Shown: one piece after another, positions 42,586 to 56,079 of the stretch
Layout of the letters: each line of letters opens with the position of its first letter
Numbering within the stretch: the first letter of the stretch is position 1
Assembly: GCA_951406725.2 (NCBI GenBank)
Contig: OX597818.1
Span: 110,298,001 to 110,362,000 of the forward strand
Direction of reading: 5' to 3'
Length of the DNA stretch: 64,000 bases
Source of the DNA: Octopus vulgaris
Taxonomy: Eukaryota
Notes under the pieces: generated by a model
The model's database searches: none
What the model was told of the DNA's origin: nothing
The model's input: the letters and a program-made list of their open reading frames with translations, nothing else
Translations under genes and position numbers: made by a program

Positions 42586-44239
42586 TCTGTTATTAAGACA
42601 GTAGTGTTGATTTGAGGAAGATTGGTGTACTATGTCCAGTGAGTCGAGCGACCACAAGGTTCGAAATACTATGAACAGTATTTCTGAAGTTTAATCCGAA
42701 GCTGAATACTGTAAAGATAACAATAAATTTCCATAAGATAATATGGCGGACAGGAATCTTGAAGTTAATTCATTTTGATAATCATTGACTCAATGATACA
42801 AACAGCCACTTATACGCTGAAAGCCTAATTACGAGTAGCAACTTTGTTCTCATAGATTCTTATCAACAGTCTTTTCCAGCCATGTATGACAGACAGACAA
42901 AGAAACAGCAAATACTTAAGTCAGTATAACAACATTTTACTATCATCTAATTGTCTATTATAATTAAACATTATCTGCTGGCGTTGATAAGATATCGATA
43001 GATACATAACTATGTAGAGTTCTGATGAGATGATTTTGCGACGCGATCTCAAAATCCACTGGAAACGAAATAATTTTTTTAACGTCACTAAAACAATGTA
43101 ATATAGAAGGGTAGAATGGCGTAAGTGGAGCAAGAGTACACACGAAAACGAAAAGTGTCGCAGATGTGTGACGAAAGATTTCCGGACAATGGAAAAGAGT
43201 TAGAATAAGAAAAGTAATAATCGAGTGAAGAACAAATATACAGTGCGTGTGTTTATTTGGCAAAAGAAAACAGCAAAAAACAAATGACTCTCCCGAAATA
43301 CAACAATAATGTTACAAAGATTTCCAACACCATGTTATCTAAGATTAAGGATACTGGCGGATTTCCTGACTTTCAAATAAATTACAGTTTTGAACTGGCA
43401 GAACCTTCAGAGCGTTGGATAAGCTGGCTGTAGTTATGAGATCCCCTCATTACGAGTTTCATTGCACCGATGTCAACTTTGCTATGCATCATCCCGGACA
43501 ATAAAACACAGAATCAGTGAACTTACTATTCATCTAAAGCTTCAGAGACATAAATGGAATTAAAAGAAGAATTGTCGTTGTCATTATAATTTAACCCCCA
43601 GTTTATAATCAAAAGTTTTCCAGCCGTGACGATATAGCCTTTTATTGAGATGTTGTATATCCCACGTGTCTTATATCTTTAATTAAAAAGAACAAGGTAA
43701 GATGAATTTTAAGGGTTATTTGGCTGACAATTGGCGTAGAGGGAAGTGATGTGTCTAAAAAAATGTCTTGACGTTAAATAGTCACAGCAGACATATGTGA
43801 GAACGTGGCAAGCCATACGGAAAATAAAAACCACAATCAGACTAAATTATATTGGGAAACGCTGGTCAGAATTCCTAAATAGAAAATCTTAGCTACTTCA
43901 CAGCTAATCCATTCGATCAATCAACACATTGTTTGTCCAACAAGGAATTATGTTATCAATGCCAACTTCATAACATATTCCAACTTAATCACAAACCAAT
44001 TATTCTCGGCATCTCGCCACGACTTCCTTTCAATTATAACATCATTCTTTAAAGATTCTTTTGCAGATTTCATTAAACAATAGACAGAAAAACAACAACA
44101 ACAACAACGGCAACAAGAAGAACAACAACCACGTAATGTTAATGGTTACTGAAAATGGCATATGGCGTCATATTTAGTCAGAAAGCGTGGAGATGATGAA
44201 AGTGAGACCAGCATTGGACAGATATTAATTTTATGGATG

Positions 44240-45185
44240 GCGTGAAGGATAAAAAGTAAAGTCGACCTCAGTAAGACTTCAACTCGGAATGGAAAGTGTT
44301 GTAAATGCATATCAGATGGTAGTTTGTCCGTCGTTCAACCCTTTCTGCTGAAACACAGCTGTCGTATGATAAGCTTTTCTACTATAGGTACAAGGCCTGA
44401 AATTTGGCGAAAGTGAGGGCTAGTCAGTTACTTCAACCTCAGTACTCGAAAGATACTTATTTTATCGACCCCGAAATGATGAAAGGCAAACTTGACTTCG
44501 GCCTCATTTGAACTCAGAACGTAAAGACGGACGAAACACTTCTAAGCATTTTCTCCGATTCGGTAATGATTAAGCCAGCTCTCGTATAATAATGATAATA
44601 ATAATTCTTTAAAATTTTGATACAAGACCAATATTTTAATTTTTTTATGGAGAAGGAATTAGTCGATTAAATCGATCCCAGTACGCAATTGGGACGTATT
44701 TTATCGACTCCGAAGGAATGAAAACTTAAGTCAACCTCAGTGGAATTTGAACTTAGAGCGTAAAGACGGAGGAAATGCCGCTAAGTATTTTGTTCGACGC
44801 GCTAACGGTCCTGCCAGCTCACTGCATTATATCTCTCCAATAATAATAATGATTTCTATTATAGGCACATGGCCTGAAATGGGGGGGGGGGGTTTAAGTC
44901 GATTACATCAACCCCAGTATTCAACTGGTACTTAATTTCTCGACTCCGAAAGAATGAAAGGCAAAATAGACCTCGGTGGAATTGGAACTCAGAACGTAGC
45001 GAAATATGGCTAAACGTTCCGTCGAGCGAAATAACGATTCTGCCAGCTCACCGCCTTCCCAATAATAATAATAATGGTGTCAAATCTTGGCACAAAGCAG
45101 GGATTAGACGCTTACGTTGAATCCAGGGCTTGACTGATACTTTATTTTAATAACCCGGAAAGGATAAAAATCAAAATTGACCTAT
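44240..45185 (-). mobile_element. Array of ~5 SINE family D copies separated by (AAT)n
   Basis: Family motif recurs at ~44245, 44460, 44700, 44940 and 45150. Confidence 0.75.
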
Positions 45186-45270
45186 AAAAAGCTTGAAGAC
45201 CACTCGGAAACGTTCATACAGCATAGAACATATTTTGGGTAAGAGGCTACAAGTCGCAGCGTTCAGGTTT

Positions 45271-45284
45271 CCGCCAGATGGCGC
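45271..45284 (+). promoter_or_regulatory. CTCF-like motif
   Basis: CCGCCAGATGGCGC closely matches the CTCF core consensus CCASYAGRKGGCRS. Confidence 0.4.
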
Positions 45285-46443
45285 CATGAAGTAACTGTTT
45301 GTATTTTTTAACGACTATTGCCTTAAGCGAGAAACTTTCCCGACAGCACACCGCATGAAATATGGCCATTGGGTTAAATATGTCAGAGACATGTTTGAAC
45401 TGATCTAAATATTTGCGTACTCACACCACTGCTTTCCCGTTACTACAAAATTTTGTTGTAGCCTTGACCAACGTTGCACGTAATCAGGTCATGTTTAAAG
45501 AAACAACGTCTTTCAAAGTCATTTCAAAGTTGTACTCAGTGCAGATAATATCCCTGAAGTTAAAAATGCATTCATCATTTCACCAGAGGATTCTACGTTT
45601 CCATGGTAAATATTTTCATCAAAAATTTATAATCTTATCAAGTCTTGGTGGCTTCTAGTTGTAAGTTTAAAAATTCTGGGATATGTCTTGTGTTGTTATG
45701 GCCGTCTGTCTTCCTTTTCAAGTGTTATGGTTGTTGTCCCTTAAAGCTATTTCTTTGCTGTGCATTCTTCCTCCAGAATTCTCCTTATCATCTTGTTTTT
45801 GGTGTTGCAGCGATTTCTAATTCAGTTTTATCGAGTTAATGAGGAAATCGTTTCAGGTTGAGGTCACTCTGCTTATTTGATTAAATGTTCGTCATCGTTT
45901 CTCACACCGGTTGACCGTAGCCACTCGGTGAGTATTTATTATTTCAGGCACTTTTGGCTTCATTTCCAATAATTCTCCTTTGTTTTACTTCTAGAGAATT
46001 CGTTTCATGTCTATTCTCTATGGCGTCATTTCATTACAGACTAACGTTTTTTTTATTTTTCTTATCAATATGTTTTTTTCTCTGTGGTTTCCATCTTGTT
46101 TGCCTGAGTGTTGATAATCCTACATAAGTACATCTGAGAGAGGAATTCTTTCGTAACAACAATGGCTGCTGCGTAAATTATCTCATTTAAACGGTTAACA
46201 TTGATGTCTCCATCTCTTTTTTTCTGAAGTCAGTCATGATTCGTTTACTTCATTTTTGTTTTTGTTGCTGCTACAATCTCATCGCCGAGTTTGAAACCGT
46301 CCAACGCACTCTCGTTGGGCGGAGCATAAAGATTTTCCATTGTTCTCTAATTATTTTAATCTTTAATTTCTATCTTTCGATTGTCTTGTTCACTAGCTCT
46401 ATCTTAAGAATGTTCATTATCTTCATATACCACTCTTTCACTT

Positions 46444-46760
46444 CTATATTTAAGAGATGAGGAATTATGTACATTATTTACATTTGACCACTACGCCATA
46501 TGCCCGTGGGTATATGGCGTAGTGGTTAAGAGCGCTGGCTATTAATCCCAAGATTCCGAGTTCGATTCCAAGCAGTGACTTGAATAATAATAATAATAAT
46601 AATAATAATATCGGAAAAAATACCTTAGGAATGAGAACCCAGGTTCGAAATTTCCTCAAAACACCTGATGAAGGCTGAAGGGTATATCAGCCGAAACATT
46701 GTGTTAACAACAAACAAGATGAGGACAAATATCCGTCAAATGTAAATAATGTAAATAATG
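46444..46760 (+). mobile_element. tRNA-headed SINE-like element with hammerhead motif (family H, copy 3); inverted 5' extension; 13-bp TSD
   Basis: TSD cactctttcactt at 46431-46443 and 46761-46773; head at 46508; HHR at 46660-46705. Confidence 0.85.
46660..46705 (+). ncRNA. Minimal type I hammerhead ribozyme motif
   Basis: AACAC-CTGATGA-A-GGCTGA-agggtata-TCAGCC-GAAA-CA-TT-GTGTT; stems I and II pair perfectly. Confidence 0.7.
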
Positions 46761-47609
46761 CACTCTTTCACTTGTTCTGGTTCTGCTAGCTTTGGTCAGT
46801 ATTCTGATGTTGTTCTAGCGTTTAGTTTTGCTCGACAGTCGCATCATGTTTGTTCCGGACATGTCGGGTGGTCCTTCTGGATTTTCATTTATTATTGTTT
46901 TTTCTTCTAGTTATTTACTTCAATTTATTTATTTACTCTTTGCTTTTAAAATCCTGTTTCAATTTTTTCATTTCTTTTCTGCCTCAAGAATGTATCTTTC
47001 CGAATTGTCTGTTCTGCTGGCATTCAGCGTTACATTCAGATTCGAAGTATTTCTCTCCAATTTCATACAAGTATATTGCCGTAGTTTCGTATTTACCGTA
47101 AAGTATGGCTTTAAAACTGTACGAAGAATATGCATTTCAGCCTTTTCTATGTTTCATTTCATTTTCTGTAATTTCTGTTGCGAGGCTTCAGGAAACGAGC
47201 ACAATCTTTGTTTTTATTGACAACTTTTGCCACAGCTATTGGTGCCTATGTGTTTCTGATGCGGTCAAAGTTTTGCCCATTATTCCACTTAGATTTATGT
47301 CTCAGGTTCGAAGTACACAAGCTGTTTTTTAATCTTGGACTGAGTGATATAGGTTCTTTTTTTAGTCTTTTTTTTTTGTGTGTGTGTGTGGTGGATTTCG
47401 AAATCGAATCGTTAGTAATATGAACTTATTTTGATAGCTTCTTTTTTGTACATGACAGCAGTCATCAGCTGCATCGAACGCTTGTAATAAATTACTAAAA
47501 GATCGAGAAATTCTATAAGTATTAGTTACATAGCTGTCCTTCAATATTTCCGCAATTTTAAACGATGTATTCGTTGCAGTTTTAATCAGTGCCACTGGAT
47601 ATTTTTCGC

Positions 47610-47801
47610 ATTATAATCATTATTTATTTATTTCTTCATTATTATTATTATCATCATTAATATTATTATTATCATCATCATTAATATTATTATTATCATC
47701 ATCATCATTATCATTATTTATTATTATTATCATCATCATCATCATTATTATTATCATTATTATTATTATACCTATTATTATTATTATATCTATTATTATT
47801 A

Positions 47802-47863
<62 letters not shown>

Positions 47864-47876
47864 ATTGTTATTATTT
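47610..47876. repeat. (ATT)n/(ATC)n
   Basis: Direct reading. Confidence 0.9.
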
Positions 47877-48187
47877 AAAGAGAAGCATCATCTTGATTTC
47901 AAGTAACAGATTGCTATAATATGGTAATTAAAGATAAATTTAATAACTATGCCATTAGAATCACTAGAAATGGTCGCTCATAGACTGCACAAAATAATAG
48001 TTAATTAAAATATGAAGAACGTGGATATTTACAATGGTTTTAGATCACAGAAAATCATAATTAAATGAAAAATGAAAATTCTGGATGTAAGCCGTGGCTT
48101 CAAACCACATAAGCGAAATTCTATGGAATGTGAAATAAACAAATATAAACTATTTGACGCGTATCTGGCACTTCCAATAAAATAAAT

Positions 48188-48412
48188 ATTTTTCTTGTTT
48201 CAGTTATAAGACTGCGGCTATGCCGGGGTTCCGCCTTGAAGAATCTTAGTCGAACGAATCAACTCTAGTATATATTTATTCTTTAAAGCTTGGTTCTTAT
48301 TCTATCTGTGCCTCTTGCGAACCGCTAGGTTACGGAGGCTTTAACACACCATCACCGGTTGTCTAGCGGTAACGAAGGAAAAAAACACAGACACAACCAC
48401 ACGCACACACAC
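48188..48412 (-). mobile_element. SINE family A 3' half, diverged
   Basis: cttgtttcagtt..gactgcggctatgc..gaaccgctaggttacgg. Confidence 0.65.
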
Positions 48413-48414
48413 AC

Positions 48415-48473
48415 GTAATATGTATATATGTATATATAAGCACATATATTTGTGTGTGTCCTATATATATATT

Positions 48474-48547
<74 letters not shown>

Positions 48548-49257
48548 CGTATATATAAATATACATATATATAAATATACATATATATACATATATATAA
48601 ATATACATATACATATACATACATATACATACATATACATATACATACATATACATACATATACATACATATACATATATACATACATATACATATATAC
48701 ATACATATACATATATATATACATATATACACATATATATACATATATACACATATATATATACATATATACATATATACACATATATATATACATATAT
48801 ACATACATATACATATATACATACATACATATATACATACATATATACATACATATATACATATATACATACATATATACATACATATACATATATATAT
48901 ACATACATATATACATACATATACATATATATACATACATATATACATACATACATATATTGATACATATATATACATATATATATATACATACATATAT
49001 ATACATATATATATACATATATATATATACAATTATATACATACATATTCATATATATACATATATATATACATATACATGTATATACATATACATATAT
49101 ATATATATACATATATATACATACATATTCATATATATATACATATATATACATACATATTCATATATATACATATACATATATATACATATACATATAT
49201 ATACACACATATACATATATATACATACATATACATATACATATATATACATATATA

Positions 49258-49296
<39 letters not shown>

Positions 49297-49312
49297 TGAA
49301 AGAGAGAGAGAT

Positions 49313-49375
<63 letters not shown>

Positions 49376-49470
49376 TACATATATATATAGATAGAAAGAG
49401 AGGGAGAGAGAGAGACAGAGAGAGAGACAGAGACAGAGAAAGAGAGAGATTGAGTGAGAAAGAGAGGGAA
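48415..49470. repeat. ~1-kb (TACA/TA)n then (GA)/(GATA)n
   Basis: Direct reading. Confidence 0.9.
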
Positions 49471-49978
49471 AGAGATGTGAATGGATTTCTTTTTTCCAGC
49501 AGGCAAGTCATCCAACTGAGCTGTTTCAACCTTGTACCTATATCAATATGTGAATTAAGAGTAACAGAGCAGAAGGGGAAAAAAAGACGTGGATAACATT
49601 TTGAATCAACAACACAAACGATGAAAAGCTGAGTCATAATAACAATTATGAATCTGTCAATAATGTCACACTTTCCGAGATATTAAACCGACGTCGCTGA
49701 AATGTGGATGGCTGTCACATGACAAGCTTCAGCGAACATATTGCATTTGCCAACGAGCAGGTTCCGACATTATGGTTCACTACTTATCGTAATAAAACGT
49801 ATAATGGACTGACAGACAGCAAAGCTACACACACATACACACACACACACAAACGCGCGCACTTCTTCATAAATATGTACCAATCACTATGCATATATAT
49901 ACGTAAGTGCATATGTATAAACATATGGATATATAAATGCATATATGTGTGTGTGGGTGTGCGTGTGCTGTTATGTAC

Positions 49979-50023
<45 letters not shown>

Positions 50024-50186
50024 CACGTGTACATATATATAAATATATTTATATATATATATATATATATATATGTAGGTCCCGGGTTGATTCGGGGTAA
50101 CCACAGTAAGTAAGGTACAATACATAGCAGTACAGGACTACATTCATCTTCAGGAAGCTATGAAGATTTTCTTAATGAATATATTG

Positions 50187-50228
<42 letters not shown>

Positions 50229-50301
50229 TATAATATATAAACATATATATATATATATATGTAGATATATATATATGCATAATTACATACAAATATATAT
50301 G

Positions 50302-50333
<32 letters not shown>

Positions 50334-50377
50334 TGTATGTATGTATGTATGTATGTATATATATATATATATATATA

Positions 50378-50781
50378 TTCTTTTATTCTTTTACTTGTTA
50401 CTCCCATTGACTGCGACCATGCAGGAGCTTCACGTTTAGTCGAACGAATCGGCCCCAGGACTTTTTCTTTGTTAGACTACTACTTATTCCGTCGGTTCTT
50501 TTGCCGAACCGTTAAGTTACGGGGGACGCAAACACACCAACATCGATTGTGTCAAGTGATGGTGGGAAGACAAACAGAGACACAAATACACACATACATA
50601 TATAAAGATATATTTATACGACGGGCTTCTTTCAGTTTCCGCCTACCAAATAGACTCACAAGGCTTTGGTTAGCCCGAGACTATAGCAGAATGCACTTAA
50701 TTAAGTTGCCGCGCAGTGGGATTGAACCAGGAAACATGTGGTTGGAAAGCAAGCTTCTTACCGCACAGCCACTTTTACGCC
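50378..50781 (-). mobile_element. SINE family A, full length
   Basis: Reverse complement of the consensus from head to tail. Confidence 0.8.
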
Positions 50782-50897
50782 TATAATATATATTTATATA
50801 TAATGCCTGTACACAATTTGTTAAATTCTTTCCTAAATGCTAGTACCATTCTACTCCCTAAAAATCTTAAATTTTTTCAAAAAATTCCTTATCTACG

Positions 50898-50961
<64 letters not shown>

Positions 50962-50984
50962 ACTAGATAGATAGATAGATGGAT

Positions 50985-51056
<72 letters not shown>

Positions 51057-51391
51057 GGACAGACAGACACATTGATAGGTAGACAGATAGAGACACAGAG
51101 AGACAGACAGACTGGCTGGCAGGCAGGCAGACAGACAGACAGGTAGATAGAGTTAATAAGATTTAGGTGAACACCTCGTAGAATGCTTTGCAAAGCTCGT
51201 CCACCGTTATTATTTCACCAATGTGCTACAGGTGTAAAAAGGTGCCGAACCAATTGTAGTGATTTAGATCGTCGTTCATTCCATTTTCTATCATCTGCGC
51301 CTACATATATACATACATATGTGTGTGTGTGTGTGTGAGTATAATATATATGTGCGCCTTTGTATACATGTACATATATATATACATGTAC

Positions 51392-51449
<58 letters not shown>

Positions 51450-51469
51450 GTATACATATATATATATAC

Positions 51470-51500
<31 letters not shown>

Positions 51501-51765
51501 CATATATACATATACATATATGTATATCTTTTCTATATATTTCTCTGTTTCACTGTCGCCTTGAGACGATCTTCCGGATTGCTTCGAGTTCCGTCGTTAA
51601 TCTTACACTGCGTGGTGATCATAATTGGGATGTATAACCTAACTGGCTGAGGACAAAGTCCTGCAGAGGGCCATAATAATTTCCTGTTCTTTCGTTCCGA
51701 AAATCATAAGGATTCATCCAACCGTCTTCATTTTATTGCCAACTTAGCAATATTCACCGTGAAAA

Positions 51766-52165
51766 TGGCGGCGAGCTGGCAGAATCGTTAGCATGCCGGG
51801 CGAAGTGCTTAGCGGTATTTGTCTGCCGTTACGTTGTGAATTCAAATTCCGCCGAGGACGACTTTGCCTTTCATCCTTTCGGGGTCGATAAATTAAGTAC
51901 CAGTTACGCACTGGGATCGATATTAATCGACTTAATACCTATGTCTGTCCTTGTTTGTCCCCTCTATGTTTAGCGCCTTGTGGGTAATAAAGAAATAGGT
52001 ATTTGTCTGCCGTTACGTTCTGAGTTCAAATTGCCTTTCATCCTTTAGGGGTCGAATAAACAGGTACCAGTTACGTACTGGTGTCGATGTAATCAACTTA
52101 ATCCCTTTGTCTGTCCTTGTTTGTACCCTCTATGTTTAGCCCCTTGTGGGCAATAACGAAATAAA
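51766..52165 (+). mobile_element. SINE family D with internal tandem duplication of body and tail
   Basis: ggtatttgtctgccgttacgtt..tail occurs twice; imperfect TSD atattcaccg/atatccaccg. Confidence 0.8.
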
Positions 52166-52815
52166 TATCCACCGGTAAATACGTATCATTAATCATGTCA
52201 ATACCCAGGTCATGTACTGATTTTTGTTCAGGGATTGCAATCCGTCTTGAGCCAGTCTACCTTGTCCGCATTTCATTCAGTTTACTATTTCTTGATAATT
52301 TCGTGAGTGTGCCTGTATGAAATTATATTATCACTAACACGCATGAGTATGCTTTTGAGAGCAAATCAATGCACTGGTACGTCAACAGAGAAAATCGTAT
52401 GCTACATCACTCACACACACACACATACACGTATACAAATGCAGATTACAAATGCAGACTTCTATCTCGTGCCCGCTTACAGCTAAAGAGCATGCAAAGT
52501 TCTGCTAATCTATAGAGACGTGTTGTTAATCTGACAGGCAAATATTTCAAATAAGCTGATGCCAAAATCTCAGAAGTGCATCAGGAATCCTTCGTAATTG
52601 AATGGTTCCAGGGAATTTTATAAATGATGTCACAGCAGTTGTTGATGTTGTTGTTGTTGCTGTTGTAACTGTTGGCGTTGTTTTTGGTGCTTTTAATCGA
52701 AAACCAACGCTGATCAACCAGGACTGTGCTTGAACGTTGCAGCTGTAACAATCCCAATGAGATCTCACGGACAGCGGGAATATGCATGGTGACGTATGAA
52801 TATATGTGTGTACGT

Positions 52816-52860
<45 letters not shown>

Positions 52861-52911
52861 TATGTATTTATCTTTGTCTATAAACACACATACATATTTA
52901 TATACTTATAG

Positions 52912-52933
52912 AATAATAATAATGAGGAGGAGG

Positions 52934-53029
<96 letters not shown>

Positions 53030-53046
53030 GTAGTAGTAATAATAAT
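52912..53046. repeat. (TAA)n
   Basis: Direct reading. Confidence 0.95.
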
Positions 53047-53049
53047 TGT

Positions 53050-54290
53050 TTACTGCATACTGCCACTAACGAACGTTTTAAGAAAGATGCGCGTGGGATA
53101 CGTGCTGGGCAGGGTGAAAGTAAACAACTTGTGGTTTATGGATGGACTAAAGCTTTTTGCTAAGTCTGAGAAAGCAGTCGAGAGTTTGACGGTAACTGTG
53201 CAGAGGATTAGCAAAGATATTGGAATGGAACTTGGGATCGAGAAAAGTGGTGTAATGATTCTCAAAAGGTGAGAAATTAGTAACCTATGGAACAAGCTAG
53301 AAAGTGATGAAACTATAAAGGAAGTCGGAGAGGAAGAATATAAATAACTGGGTATCATCGAAAGAGATAAGATGAATGAATACAAGATGAAAGAAATGTA
53401 CAGGAAAGAGTATTTGATGAGAACTCGACTTCTGCTCCAATTGAAGCTACATGGCCGCTATAAAATTAGAGCAATTAACACGTGGGCGTTTGCTTTGATG
53501 AGATATGGAGCAGGAATAGCATCTTGGAAGAAACATGAATGACAAGATATAGACTGGAGAACAGGTAAATTAATGACAATGAACAAGGAACTACACCCCA
53601 AGAGTGATGTGTCAAAATTGTATGTAAAGAGGAAAGAAGGAGGACGGGGACTGGTGTGTAGTGAAGGTTGTGTAAGGGAAGAGGAGAATAGCTTGGCTTG
53701 GTATGACAAGGGGAGTAAAGAAGAAATGATTGAAGCAGTGAAAATGCAGGGAACCTTAAAAGTGAACGAAGCCGTAGATCCAACACGATTTTAAAGAGAC
53801 CAGAGAGAGCAGATGAATTTGGCAGGACAAGAAAATGCACAGTCAGCCCTTGAATAATAAAGTTGAGATTGATTGGAATAGAACCTGGCAATGGTTGCAG
53901 AGAGGAGACTTAAAAGGGTCTACTGGAGGCTTTAGTGTGCAGCGCTCAAGAACTAATCCTCAGAACAAGCTATTCCAAATATCCCATTGATAAAAGCACT
54001 GACTCGCCACAGTCTAGGATGTGCTCTGTGAAGGGAGAAAGTATAAGCCATATTGTTAGTGAGTGCTGTAAGCTCGCACAACGCGAAGAGAAAAGAAGAC
54101 ACGACAATGTGGCCAGATATGTCCACCGGCTGTTGTGCAGTTAAGCAAAGCTCGTGAGAGCCGAACGATGGTATGAACACAAGCCAGAGGGAGGAATGGA
54201 AAGTGAACATTACAAAATACTCTTGGATGTTATCATGCACTGCGGCCTAGTGATAGAGGCGAGACGGCCAGATATCGTGATCATCCATAA
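53050..54290 (+). pseudogene. 5'-truncated R4/Dong-clade non-LTR retrotransposon: RT, zinc knuckle and restriction-like endonuclease
   Basis: FMDGLKLFAK (YMDDLKL), YK*LGI, INTWA, LYVKRKEGGRGL, RMCSVKGESISHIVSEC, RRHDNVA, RRPDIVI; several stops and frameshifts. Confidence 0.9.
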
Positions 54291-54334
54291 ATATTTTTTT
54301 CCCTCGGACTTCCTTTTGTCCTGGACTTTCCTCT

Positions 54335-54370
54335 GTTTCTGAAGAAGAGCGTTGCTCGAAATGTTAAAGC
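54335..54370 (+). ncRNA. Minimal hammerhead ribozyme motif
   Basis: GTTT-CTGAAGA-A-GAGC-gtt-GCTC-GAAA-TG-TT-AAAG. Confidence 0.55.
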
Positions 54371-54896
54371 ATCTTTCTTTCCTTCATAAAAAATTTTTTA
54401 TACTTTCAAAGAACTACTACCCAATCCAGTGAGATTGTTGCTTTAGTCCCTCTACCTCGCCCTCCTCTTTCTCTCTCTTTCTCTCTCTATTTCCCTCCTT
54501 CTATAGTAAGCATAATCAAACACACAGACACAAACCTCTCATCTCACCACTGTCTGTTTTCTGACATCTACCCATCCACATACACAATCACGCATACACA
54601 TACATACACACACACATTAATGCAGTTATATACAGTCACACACAGAGGCACTCATTCACAAAAGAAATTAACAAAATCCACCATTCATATGACCTGCACC
54701 CTTTCACCTTCCTATGCTTTTGCCTCTCTCCTCCAACTTCGTTTGAACCCTTGAACCTTTAGAACCTTCTAGATTCTTCTACTTTCAACCACTTTGACGT
54801 CACTCCTTATAAAGGAATATTTTAAAGAGACACTCATTACCGCTATGGGCTCCGTGTGAGCAATCATCTAAAAGTTTTTTATGCATTTTGATGTTG

Positions 54897-55008
54897 ACAT
54901 AAGTTCCTTGCTTTTCCTGATGGGAAAGCGGCATAATGTACTCCTTATTCCTTCGCAATTAGGAATATGCAGCCTTCGAAACATATGTCGAAAATAAAGG
55001 AATTATGT
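54897..55008 (+). ncRNA. Type I hammerhead ribozyme motif with GUC site and long stems
   Basis: TTTTC-CTGATGG-GAAAGCGGCATA..TATGCAGCCTTC-GAAA-CATATG-TC-GAAAA; stem I extends (acataagttcctt/aaggaattatgt). Confidence 0.7.
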
Positions 55009-55196
55009 TAATTCGTCGTTCAGCTCCATTCTTTCATATATTTATATTTTTAAAATAAACATACAAATTTCCACACGAAAGCACGCAATCTATGTCCTAG
55101 GCACGTAACTTCAACCGTGTTTTTTCTGATGTGAATTTGCTACCCAGGTATCGGTTAATTCGAATTATCCTTAATAAGATAATTCATTCAACTACT

Positions 55197-55244
<48 letters not shown>

Positions 55245-55733
55245 CTGGAGAAGGGGTTTTTTCCTTGTGTTATTTGTCCTGTACTCTATTTTTTTGTTGT
55301 TTAAGAAAAATGTCCAGTTCCTTGGGTTTGTGTCTGTTTTCGTTTCTCATTGTGTTCGAGGTTTTTTTTTTGTGTCCTGTACTCATATATGCGTGTAGGT
55401 ACGTACATATATGTATATATATATATGCATATGTTTTATTTATTAATATATATTATATATATATATATATGCATGTATATACATATATATATAACATACA
55501 TACATATATAAACACACACACACACACACATATATGTACTTACATACATATATATATGAATACATACACACACACATATGTACGTACATACATATATATA
55601 AAGACACACATATATATGCTCACATTTATTTGTATGATTTATACGCATACAGATATGTATAAGTATACATACGAATGTATATATACCTTTATGTATATTA
55701 TATACACACACATACACACACACACACGCACAT

Positions 55734-55766
<33 letters not shown>

Positions 55767-56079
55767 GTAATAAGAAGAATTTTTGGGTGTAAATTCCAAA
55801 ATCCTTTAATGCATTTTTGCGAACGCTTCTACAAACTCCATGTTTTAGTTGTCTTCCTTTTCCATGGGATATTACAACTATGATTTGCAAAATCCATGGA
55901 TTTTAAGGCGCATATTTCCTTTAGGCAACATGATTTCTGCTGGATTCCCGATGAAGCAGGAATGAATAATACAGCTATGAATAATGCAGTCGATTCTGTC
56001 CATTAATTTGTATTCGTTCGTTACTCAGGAGTTGTGTATGTAGTTATTTAGTTTTGTAATGTTTGCTGAGGATCCCATA

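Larger units (their letters stand above)
45530..47220 (-). pseudogene. Highly decayed R4/Dong-like LINE (N-terminal to RT start), interrupted by the family H element
   Basis: Fragments INVNRLNEIIYAAAIVV, EFWRK and KPPRLDKIINF**KYL (K-S-P-G-P-D-x-I-x-N-F-W-x-K-like); (TAA)-type repeat on its 5' side at 47610-47875. Confidence 0.55.

Noticed and set aside
42676-42712. Hammerhead-like cagtattt-CTGAAG..GAAG..aatactg
   Set aside because: Stem I is present, but the core is incomplete and there is no stem II; could be chance
46508-46582. Functional tRNA gene (also the SINE heads at 11826, 13435, 17252 and 40723)
   Set aside because: A/B boxes are present, but cloverleaf pairing is poor and each head continues into a repeated SINE body
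51540-51600. Minus-strand CGGAAGA..GAAAC hammerhead-like motif
   Set aside because: Core mismatch and misregistered stems
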